Below are positions 16,034 through 27,012 of a stretch of 64,000 nucleotides of DNA, piece after piece (the stretch's first letter is position 1; every line of letters starts with the position of its first letter). The translations under genes were made by a program, and so were the position numbers. The notes under the pieces were generated by a model, which worked only from the letters and a program-made list of their open reading frames with translations, was not told the DNA's origin and did not search any database. This DNA is from Utricularia gibba. Taxonomy: Eukaryota; Plantae; Magnoliophyta. The stretch is taken from assembly GCA_002189035.1 (NCBI GenBank), contig NEEC01000015.1, positions 1,860,001-1,924,000 of the forward strand, in the 5' to 3' direction.

Positions 16034-18257
16034 TCACTCGGAGTCCACGATTTCCGGGGCAGGGATTTTTCGGAAACGAGCAAAGGGACGACAGGCAGTC
16101 TCTTTGTCACGTGGCATCACTGATCTCTGCCGTTTATGAGAGAAGCCCTTCACGTAGCTTGGATCAACAAGGAGGGGCACGCTGTTTTCCATTTTACTGC
16201 GGGCATTCTCTTCAGCGAACCTGAAAATTTGGATGGCCTGGCGTATTTACCCAAAAGCCAGTAATAGAAATGAAGAAAAAGAGAGGCATAATCAAGTTCA
16301 CCTTTCACGAATGATCTTAAATGCTTCCGTTGTTGCATAAGGTAAACTGGTCTTCGGATCACGGTAGCTGCAACAGAAGTTACATCCGTCAGCACAGGTA
16401 TCAAGACCTGAAACCCATTTTTCTGCTTAAAGCTGCTCGGTCAAAAAATTTTAAAAAGTGTTGAGCCGAAACTTCAATATGCCCGCGAAAATCTACAGTC
16501 CCATTTCACAAAGGAGAAAGGGGAGGGGGTGCATGAACCATGGGTCACTCACCAAGCTGGTAGCCCAGTAACAGCACACAGAACCTTGTCGGGACCTGTT
16601 AAAGTGTGTAGCCAAAGGAAAATCAGCGTTGATGTGAGTTGGAGGCTATGATCATGTAAGGCATGTTGTTTATGTTGTGTACTTACACTGCGGAGATCCT
16701 GTTGAAAGATCAGAGCCAAAGGATGATCCATTCATGAAAGTTAAATATGAGGTACCTGCACCAGTAACAATAATTTCTTCAACACCCCAACATTAAAATC
16801 ATGTGAATTATCTGGAAATGGGAAACGCTTGCCATTTCGTGAAAGATATCGTATTTGTGGACCACTATAAACTTCCTTATGCGCAATAGCCCTTCTTTTA
16901 ACCTCTTCTTCTCTTGCCAGCACCTTCTGAAGGTTTCTCAAATTCATAACCTCTGCAAATTTTTTAAAAATCAAATAAATAGTCTAGAAAAAACAATGTA
17001 ACAGTCGTAGACAATAAGGCACCTGTTTGAGCTGCTTCCAGAAGCATTTCCTCTTGGGTCATCTTCTTCTCCTCTCCTTCCTTTTTTCTTTTTATGGGCT
17101 AAAATTCAAGAGGAATTTATAGAAAATTAACCCTTCGTTAACCAGTACAAATAGGCAGAACTAAACAGAAACTCTCAAGACAATTCCAATAGATAAAACA
17201 TCACTGTAGGCTAGCCATGTTCTCTTCCAGGTGTGCATAATTTAATGTTATCATTCAAGATACCTTCATGGTAGACTGCAATGCTGCACGTATAGCATCC
17301 CTCTCGGCTTGCCTGATGATTACAGAAGTTCTAGTTGACTTTCGAACAGTTTTCAAAGCCTCAGCATCATCATACACATCTTGATGCTCAGAAGGTGTGG
17401 ATGGCTCAGGACTTTCCCCATCAAAGGGTGTACTTTCAGGTTTAGAAATCAACTTAATTTTCTTCTTTGGTATTTTGGATTGCTTTCCAGGAAATATCAG
17501 CTTCTTCTTTTTCTTTTCTCTGTATAAAAACAAAAAAGAAATTAATAGCAAGCACAGCATTGGCCATTTGCATCTCAAGAAATGAAAATGGACCTCTCAT
17601 CAGGTTCTTTTTCACCTTCTTCATCCAGCTCAGGCTCCTATGAAAATCAATTGAAAACTACATAGAATCACCAAGAAAAAAGGCGCACAAAATACACATG
17701 ATGGAAAGGCAGTACCAAAATCCAGCATCTCTCCATCTTCTTAAATAATATTAGAAAACCGTGGGAAGATCATGTAGGCATCAAACTCCCAGGCGCGTGG
17801 GTGCAAGAGAGATTAAAAAGTCAAACTTACATCTTCATCAAAGTCGCTATCATAAACATCAGCTATCTCCTTTTCTTCTTCATATTCTTCATCATTCTCA
17901 TCCTGGAAACAAAAAGGAAGAACGATCAGGAAATCATAATGATTTTACCGGAGGAAATATCACATTATCAAAAGGATAAGTTATCAAGAAGTAAAAGCTC
18001 GCTACCCAGGTGCTGCATCGGTAAAACTGACACCCTGAAATGCAAGCACCCGGAGGCAAAACAAAAAAAAAAAAAAAAAGACATTCTTTAACCATACAGA
18101 ACCAAAACTCAACCTCTTTCAGCGCATCTTGGTTCCAAAACTGCTCGTCTTCTTCAAGCTCCTCATCAAGCAGCTTGGTCATCCTTTTGCCTCTGGTAGC
18201 CCGCGAAGCTCGATCAAGAAAAACATCTTGGCCTGCCCCTTTCTCTCTAGCCTCCAT
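16034..18257 (-). CDS. SWC2: SWR1 complex subunit 2 (Vps72/YL1)
   Basis: N-terminus MEAREK..FLDRASRATRGKRMTKLLDEELEEDEQFWNQDALKE, acidic DSDFDED segment, RKSTRTSVIIRQAERDAIRAAL, YL1-C domain CAVTGLPA-YRDPKTSLPYATTEAFKIIRER, last exon ending ..FARFRKIPAPEIVDSE*. Multi-exon with GT-AG introns. Confidence 0.88.
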
Positions 18258-19447
18258 ACCTCCGCACGCACAGACAAGCAACAGTCAGGAAGCCTTCCCC
18301 CGAAAACAACAAGATTTACCAAATGATTCCGGATTCAGATTGTTGGTGGCACTTCACCGAACACCATGAACGCGCTAGCTCGATCAATTAGGGAATGAGC
18401 GAATCCGTGCCTCCGTGTAAAATCACTTGGGCCATAACCCCTTGTATTGGGGCTCTACTAATTAATTAGCGAGATAACATTGGGCCTTCTGAAAGTAACA
18501 GATGCCCAGCAAACTGCCGACCCAACGAAACCCATGGGTAACGATCAAAACCATTAGCCCATTAGCCCACCACAAGACGCCCTTCGTCGATATCTATTGC
18601 TTGGGGGGAATCGGTTTACTTGATTCAATCCAAGAAGAAGGATCTGTGTTGGAGGTCCGACCCACATGGATCGAATCCATCGGATCGTAGGCGACCCGAA
18701 ACTGCTAGAAGATAGAAGATTTAGAATCCAAGTAATGCTGTGTGTTTGGGTATACGTTCGTGGATGCCTTCTTCAGTGCCATGGGTGGAAAGGTTTCCTG
18801 TGTCTACCTTGGTGATAACGCTCTAGAACCAGTGTAGATTGCTAAAGGGCCACAATAAATACTGCAACCACAATTCATCAAAATGCCTTGAATTCAAGTT
18901 CCCCAAAGACCGGGCAACCCAACCAACTGGAAAAAAACGTGGTGCTCTTTACCACCTCTAAGAACACACGTGAATCCCCTGTCACATGCATGCCCCACCA
19001 GTTCCTTGAGTATAGAGCTGAGAAATCACAGAGTTGGAGCTTGCACTGTAACGAGTGAAAAATTAACAACACATTTGATAGTACCTGGACAGTGTTTCAT
19101 GCGAGAGAAATGCAAATGATGCAATGAACATGAGAACTTCCAACCAAGGGTAAGCGTTGAGCTTTCAAAAACAAGGTATAGGTGATGTGGTTTTCTTGTC
19201 TGGAAAAAAATGTAATGCCGAGATCATGAACTGCATGAGTAAAAAGGTGTTTGTGTAGCTTCAGTTCGACAAGCTTTACAGCTGCACAGAGACATTCGCA
19301 TTGAATTCCAACTAAAATAACATGCACATGAGTATGAGGAATGAACCCCCTCTTTCTGTATATAAACCAGCAAAATGAACTCTTTAGGGGCAAACTATCC
19401 TAGTGGCTTGCAGAATTGGAACCAGTACCTGAAATGCAATTTCTTCT

Positions 19448-20920
19448 ATGGGGGATCTCAACATTCTGTTCCTGTTCTTGCTGGTAACATCACTTTCGAT
19501 CAGAGCTTCAGAAGCACGGGCATTTTTCGTGTTTGGAGACTCGCTCGTTGACAGTGGCAACAACAACTACTTGGTCACTACAGCTCGAGCTGATTCCCCG
19601 CCCTATGGAATCGACTACCCAACTCATAGACCAACAGGGCGTTTCTCGAATGGCCTGAACATTGCTGATATTATTAGTACACTTCCTTAATCCCTCATTC
19701 AGTATAAGCAGAACGCAAACATATGATTCCTATCCATTCTCGGCTACTGCCAAAAGCTTACAGGAATGATACTTCTCATGTTATAGGTGAAAAAATCGGT
19801 GCAAGGGAACCACCATTGCCATACTTGGATCCAGCGCTGTATGGTCCAAGGCTGCTTGTGGGAGCCAACTTTGCTTCAGCTGGAGTTGGAATCCTCAATG
19901 ACACTGGTGTCCAATTTGTATGTGCTGAAGAACTTGAACTGGATACTGAAACTAGAAGACACTCTACCCCAACTCTTTCAAATTCTAGTGCTCCAAAATG
20001 AAGCTAACAATCCTTGATCTGACAATTGCTGCATTGTCCATGAACTGGCAGGTGAACATAATAAGAATTTACCAGCAACTACAGTACTTCCAACAGTACC
20101 AACAAAGAGTAAGTGCAATGATTGGACCAAGGGAGGCAAAAAGATTGGTGAATCAAGCTTTGGTTCTCATTACCTTGGGTGGAAATGACTTCGTCAACAA
20201 CTATTATCTGGTTCCCTATTCCTTGAGATCTCGCCAATTCTCTTTGCCTGCTTACGTTAAATATCTCATCTCGGAGTACCAAAAGATTCTAACTGTAAGT
20301 CAGATCTCAGTGAACCAACTGACAGCCTGGAGAGTTTGCAGATTATGAATGCATATTGCCCCTGTTTGCAGAGACTTTACGAACTAGGGGCTAGAAGGGT
20401 GATTGTTACCGGAACCGGACCCCTGGGCTGCGTGCCGGCGGAACTCGCTACAAGAAGCAGAAACGGAGAATGCTCTCCAGAACTCCAACAGGCGGCGGCG
20501 CTTTTCAATCCGCAGCTCATTAAAATCCTCCAGAAAATGAATTCCCAGTTCGGAAGCACCGTCTTCGTCGGCGCAAACACCCAGCAAATGAATAACGATT
20601 TCATCACCAACCCCGAGCCTACGGTACGAACCAGCCTCTCTCATTCTGGCTCGCTTCATGTACTGAAAAGAATTTCTAATTCCGTAGGATTCATAACCTC
20701 CAAGGTAGCCTGCTGTGGGCAAGGACCCAACAATGGCGTAGGCCTGTGCACACGATTCTCGAATTTATGCCCAAACCGAGACGTTTACGCCTTCTGGGAT
20801 CCATTTCATCCATCGGAGAAAGCAAATCGACTCATCGTGCAGCAAATCATGTCCGGATCCACCGAGTACATGATCCCCATGAATCTCAGCACCATCCTTG
20901 CGCTGGACTCTTCACTTTGA
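19448..20920 (+). CDS. GDSL esterase/lipase (LTL1/At5g33370-like), secreted
   Basis: Signal peptide, [14 protein letters not shown] block I, GANFASAG block II, GGNDF block [12 protein letters not shown] block V. Exons 19448-19676, 19787-19917, 20052-20294, 20372-20623, 20688-20920. One base is missing at about 20611-20614 (NPRAYG expected). Confidence 0.9.
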
Positions 20921-21193
20921 CCCACCAAAATTGGAACTGCTCCCATTTTTTCGCAATCTTGTGTGTCAAGTACTTCACCGCCGTTAATAAGAAACGTATT
21001 CTGTCACGAATTTATTTTTATAACAATAAAATTGAAGAAGTAATTTTAAATTGTTAGAAAAAAAATTGAAAAATTCAACGAAATTATTATTTTATCTGCA
21101 TGTATTCTTTTTTACATTTTTATTCTAAAAAACAATAAAACGCCAATCCCACTAGAATAAGTATAGATTTTGCCCCACATCAGAACCTTCGTG

Positions 21194-22312
21194 TCAATTA
21201 CTCATGTTGACTTTCGAGAGATAGGAACGAGCCAGTGAGAAGCAATCCTCCTTCAGTTTCATGTACTGCTGATATCGCTTAAAGAAGTACTCAAGATAAT
21301 CGAACTCAATGGGGGATATTTTGGCCTGGATCAAGGACCACAGTGCCCAGTAAACATGCGAAGCAAGCATGTAACTGTTAGTCTCCACATACAGAGCATC
21401 AAGTTCTTGATCGAAATCCAAATCCTTTTGTTCACAGCTCAGGTAGTTTCTGAAGAAGAAATACTGCTCATCTTTGGAAGGGTATAGGCTGTAGTCACAT
21501 TCAAAGCCTGCATACTCATTGAAATGGTTCCCAATGTCGAAACCTCGGTAATTGTATGAGCCGTACTCAAAGTCAATGAGGTAAAGCTTGTCTTCTTCAT
21601 CATTGAGCATCAAGTTCCCCGGGAGGAGATCATTGTGAGCATACACGACAGGCGAATTGATGCGATCTGTGAGATCCTTGAGCATAGCGATCTCTTCTTT
21701 GATTTCACCAAATGAAACCTTATCATACATGATTTGCTTGTCCATCTCGTCGAATCGAAGATTCGAGGCTCTTTCAAAGAACTTGGAAATGTCGTTCCAC
21801 AGTTGAGGTTCTTTGGAACCAGGAATTTGGACGCTGTGAAACTTGTGGAGATGTTGAGCCACCACTGCCGCGATCCTCGGGATACTCAGATCGGAGAGTC
21901 TCAGAGTACGAGCATCGATGAACGACTGAACAATTCCATTACCGAAAACTCCGAGCAATCTTGCGCCGAATCCAGCGGCGGAGAGATGTGGAATGGCGCG
22001 AAGTTCCCTGTCCCGGTCTATAACGTCTTCAGTGTGGGGGCCGAATAATCTGACAACAACAAACGCGTTTTCCCCTTGTTTCTCTTCAATCGAAAGCTTG
22101 AAAAGCAGATTCGTGATTCCACCGGCCATCTTTGTGACTGAAAACTGAGAATCCCCCAAATTCGACCACTCAGTAAATATATCTTTGCATACCTCTACAA
22201 TTCGCAGGTTGAGCTCGTCAACAGGGAGAGACACGTTGATTATTCGAGCAGATGACGGAATGAAAGAATCCGCCATTCCCATCGCATTCCATACATTCTG
22301 CACGTCATCCAT
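21194..22312 (-). CDS. CEK4: Choline/ethanolamine kinase (CEK4/EMB1187-like), intronless
   Basis: Continuous ORF with GGITNLL, VRLFG, Brenner motif HNDLLPGN and choline-kinase motif LIDFEYGSYNYRGFDIGNHFNEYAG, plus HVYWALW. First true ATG is 22312; the track start is TTG. Confidence 0.88.
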   Translation of the reverse strand: MDDVQNVWNAMGMADSFIPSSARIINVSLPVDELNLRIVEVCKDIFTEWSNLGDSQFSVTKMAGGITNLLFKLSIEEKQGENAFVVVRLFGPHTEDVIDRDRELRAIPHLSAAGFGARLLGVFGNGIVQSFIDARTLRLSDLSIPRIAAVVAQHLHKFHSVQIPGSKEPQLWNDISKFFERASNLRFDEMDKQIMYDKVSFGEIKEEIAMLKDLTDRINSPVVYAHNDLLPGNLMLNDEEDKLYLIDFEYGSYNYRGFDIGNHFNEYAGFECDYSLYPSKDEQYFFFRNYLSCEQKDLDFDQELDALYVETNSYMLASHVYWALWSLIQAKISPIEFDYLEYFFKRYQQYMKLKEDCFSLARSYLSKVNMSN

Positions 22313-23139
22313 GGACAAATGACAGGCAAAACAACTCTTCAAATAAAAGGCAGCGTTTCAGAGCCGGCGGCCGTCAATTTCCCGATCGCTGCAGAAAGCG
22401 CAGGAGAAGTAAACCTACCTCCAAGAAAACGTGCTGTAACTGCTACAAACTTCTTCCCGGGCATGTAGTACGTGAAATCAAATAGACCAGGGAAGCGACG
22501 GCTCTTATTAACTAATAATTTGCATCTAGGTCCCTCACCTTTTTACCCATTAAAGTTTTAACCCTCCGGACCCAAAAACGGTGACGAGGATCTCGTATTT
22601 AATATATTTAATAAGAAAGTAAGTTGTGCAAGTTTTATGTTAATTGTTTTACTACAACTCTTATAAATTTTATAATAAATTAACTAGTTGACATTTAAAT
22701 ATTAATTTGCATTAATTAAATCATCATAAATTTATGGTTGACCAAACTCCCAGCCAAATGTGTCCCTATTAATTTAATTTTTTTTTATATTTTTTTATTA
22801 CAACATGCGAAATGGTCCATAAACTCCAACCCTAAACATAACTTGCACGTTGATCATTGGTTTGATTCAAATTTAATATATGAAAAAAATTAATAAATGA
22901 ATATAACCCGCCACCCAACTAATGAACCAAACTTATAGTTTGGAGCAAATCCAAATATATTACTAAATCGAAAAATTTGTTCAATTCATTTAAATAATAT
23001 ATTTTTATTTTTAAAAAAATTAAAATTATTAAACTCAATTTAATTCATTATTAAAAAAATTCAGATAGTTTTTAAAAGACTGGTTTTTGGCATAAGCATT
23101 TGAAATCCCAATTATGATGCATGATGCATGGATAGTATT

Positions 23140-24420
23140 TTACATTGGAAGCTTCACGGACTGGAGTGCTCCTTCAAAGTTCTTTTCCTTCAGATCGACG
23201 TACTCCTTCACCGCCACCGGACGGAAATACGGAACCGGGAAGATGGGAAGCGGCGCCACGGTGGAGTTCATCGCGGGACAACGAAATAGGCGCAGGTTAG
23301 GCGTTGCGCATCAGCGTTAGGAACAACCCGATGGTACGCGGCAGTGAAGCATGCGTTCGAAAGAATATGCATGAGGTCACCCAAGTTGACGACGAGGGCT
23401 CCGGCGACGGGAGGCACGGGCGACCAACCTGAACATGCACGAAAAACTTGGAGACCGTAGGTGTTGTTTTGATGGAGAATGGTGAGAGGGAAGGTGTCTG
23501 TGTGGGGAGCTAATCCGATGGCCTTGTTAGGGTTTGGACAAATAGGGTAAGAATTCAACTGCAGTGCTTCCGATGGGTTGTCATAGAGAAAGGAGATGCG
23601 GCTCTTGATGCCCTCTTCTTCCTCGTCCTCCACTCCCATTGCTTTTATGATGATAAGAAGAAGCTTGCGCGCTAGGGTTCTCATCTCCCTCTGATACTCC
23701 TCCATTGTACAACTGCAATTTTTTAATCTTTTAGTAAAGAAAAAAATGTTTTCCCATGGCATACTTATAAATACTTATTAAAAATAATTCAAATAAATAG
23801 GATATGTAACATTATAATATACACTAATGTCATATTGGAAACTAATTTGTTTAAAAAATATATTTTATAATAAAGAGACATCAACGTGCTGTGTTAACGA
23901 CCAAATTCTGTTAGTAATAAACCAAAAGATGATGCACATTGACATAACGACGGTTACCAGAAATCGTGATGGTCATTTGGCCAGAGAAGTTGAGCATGTT
24001 GCGCGACGGAGCCCATGATGGTGAAGCCCTCGTGCCACATTTGTTTCCGGAAGAAGGGGATATACGCGCCACCCCATAACCGGTGGCTCCGGTGGCAGAT
24101 CGGATGGCGAGAAGCTTCTTTTCCACCGGGAGTGAGAACAAACGCTGTATTTGCGCCTCCACCTCCCCTATAAGACTCTCCGATACTCGGTGGTTGATGA
24201 CCTGAAACATTCCCCACACCCTGCACGCACTCCTCACCCGTTCGACCACGTCATCCGACGCCAAATCGATCACCGGCGGCGAGACCGCTGAGTCGCCCGG
24301 AGTCGAATCCTCCCAGGCGTGAGTCTCGGGAAGCTGGAGAATCGAGGAGAAATCAAGTGGCACGATGTTGCTGAGCTGGATTCGGGATCCAGAGTAAGCA
24401 TTCGAGAGAGAAGAATCCAT
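23140..24420 (-). CDS. GA3ox: Gibberellin 3-beta-dioxygenase (2-oxoglutarate-dependent dioxygenase); two apparent 1-nt deletions
   Basis: Exons 24420-23958 and 23712-23140. IVPLDFSS..LPETHAW, WGMFQVINH, GYGVARISP(FF)..MWHEGFTI, LNSYPICP, APHTD (HxD), YHRV, RLT. The frame is restored by +1 at 24056-24059 and at 23275-23277. Confidence 0.82.
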
Positions 24421-25164
24421 TCCCGGGATCGGAAACTCTTGTTGTACTATGGGAGTGGGGCAGCTGAGCATGGGATGCGACCCTTTAAAAGCGCCCATGC
24501 CCTTCAAATTCGACTTCTTTTATTAATTCGGCACAAGCAGACGACGCACAGGACAACGATGAATTGTCCCTTTTCCCCAATACGCAACCGAATCATGGAT
24601 TCCTGGCACCCAAAAAGGCTTTGATAACCAATTCATTATTTATAATATTAATTTTATTTCTAAAATAATTTTACTTTCTAAATAGATATCAAATTATTTT
24701 CTACTATAATTCTCTAATCATCGAAGTAGCTTCTCTAGCATATATAAGTTATTTTGATTGATTTTTTCCAATCGAGTAAAATGAAAAACTTCATGGGGGC
24801 GCTGCCCCCCATCGTCGTATTAGGTATAGAACCAGGGAGAGCATCTCGGGAATAAGGGTTTTGACGTGACTCGGACTTGTGTGAGTGTGCTCCCCATGGG
24901 AGGCGACATTAGTAGCTAGAAGACATGAGTCATTTCAAATATTCCGGAGAAAAAAGGACAAGCCGATAGAGAATTCATATTTTGGGTTTTAATATTTCCG
25001 GGAAAAGACAAAACACCGTTGCATCGTTTGTGTCACGGAAAGGTTACATCCCCTCGAAAACCTCCACTGATTCGTGTTTATCTACCTGGATCCCCCAACC
25101 CTTTTCTCCTCAATCCATTTATTCTTCCTCTTCTTCTTCTTCCCTGGAGAGACCGCCATCATCG

Positions 25165-26603
25165 ATGGAAACCGAGAAGCCGGACTACATTTGTGCAATG
25201 AAGGCGTTATCCGAGAAGCCCACCAACATGCCGTCGCAATTCTGCTGGTCCCCGGAGGATCTAGCCTCCGCTGCCGCCGACGAGCTCTCCGGCGCGGCGG
25301 TTGATCTGAAAGGGTTCTTTGAAGGCGATGCGGAAGCGACGGGGATTGCTGTGAAAAAAATAAGAGAGGCGTGTCTGAGCCATGGGTTCTTCCACGTCGT
25401 CAACCACGGGTGGATGAGGGGTTGATAAGAGAGGCGCATGAGCAGATGGGTGTGCTATTTCAGCTGCCGATGGACCGGAAACTGGCCATGAAGCGGAAAC
25501 CTGGCGAGCTCTGCGGCTACTCCGGCGCCCACGCTGACAGATTCTCCGAGAATCTGCCGTGGAAGGAGATGCTTTCGTTTCACTACGAGCATGCGAGCTC
25601 CCCCGGACATGACGTCGTCCGTTACATCACTTCCATCCTCGGCAACGACTTCCATGAAACCGGGTTTTTTGTTTCTTCCCCTTCCTGGGTTTTCACTGTT
25701 AGGGCTCCACGTGTTAGTTATAATCGTCTGATGCAATGCATGCCCAGATTTGTCGTCTAGTTCCTACAACCACAACAGAAACAATGTGGGCTGCTGATAT
25801 TTATTACTATTATTCTTAATTCTGGTTATTGCGCATTTCAGGGTAGTCTTCCAGCGGTACTGTGAAGCGTTGAAGGAGTTGGCGATGGGAATATTCCGGT
25901 TGCTGGGGATGAGTCTGGGTGTGGAGGGGAGATATTTCGAGGAGATATTTGAGGACGGCGGATCTCTGATGAGGATAAATAACTATCCGCCGTGCCCGCA
26001 TGCAGAGCTCACGCTCGGCACCGGACCTCACACCGATCCCAACGCGCTCACCATCCTCCACGAAGATCTCGTCGGTGGCTTGCAGGTTTTCACGGACGGC
26101 AAGTGGCGCCGTGTCGCCCCGCTCTCACACGCGTTCGCCGTAAACATCGGGGACACGTTCATGGTACGCCACACGAGTTCAGACTTCAGTTCCCTCCCTT
26201 TCTTTACATTTTAATTGCCGGAAAAAAGAATAGATTCAAACGCACGGCGGTTTTTAAAATAATAATATTGTGTAAAAAAAGAGAAGTTTTGTCCTGCGTT
26301 GGATTCGCAGGCGCTATCGAACGGACGGTACAAGAGCTGCGTACACAGAGCAGTGGTGAACAAGCACAAGGAGCGGAGATCGATGGTTTTCTTCGTCAGT
26401 CCGAGGGACGACAAGTCCTACGGCCGCCGCCGGAGATTCTGACGACGGAATCAGGGGAGGAGAGGAAGTACGCAGACTTCACGTGGTCTCTTCTTCGAGG
26501 GTTCACGCAGAAGTATTACAGAGTTGACAGCGCTACCCTCCAAAGCTTCACCCGTTGGCTCGCCGTCTCAGGTGAAAACTCCTCCTCCGTCTTACGCAAT
26601 TGA
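25165..26603 (+). CDS. GA20ox: Gibberellin 20-oxidase-like 2-oxoglutarate-dependent dioxygenase (divergent); two apparent 1-nt deletions
   Basis: Exons 25165-25663, 25842-26163, 26311-26603, the canonical 3-exon GA20ox layout. NMPSQFCW, HGFFHVVNHG, GYSGAHADRFSENLPWKEMLSF (LPWKET-like), RINNYPPCP, GTGPHTD, SCVHRAVVN, RRSMVFF, KYADFTW..FTQKYYR. The frame is restored by +1 at 25408-25410 and at about 26415. The start ATG is a best guess. Confidence 0.82.
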
Positions 26604-27012
26604 AATATTTGTTTTCTGGTGTTCTGTCCATCGAAGACTTTGCTGCTGCTGCCGCTGCTGCTACTGTGACGTTGTAGACTATCTTCCTTGGGATTTGTCT
26701 TGTTTTGTCTTCTTGTTCTTAGGTCTTTTATTAAATTTTAATAAAAAATGATTAGTGTTTTAAAATTACATGTAAAATTTAAGATTATACCTGATTTAAT
26801 CCAAATTTATAAATAAATGAATGAATTTAATATATTAAATAATAAATTAATTCATTATAATTTAACCTATTTTCATCTAAATATATAAGTAAAATGAAAA
26901 ATGAATTCAAATTATTTTTAAAACCCTATCGATTTCGGGTTTTTTTTTTTTTATGAAAGTTCAACTTGACCTTCATTTTATTTTTTATTAATTACGAGAA
27001 AATGAAAAACTG

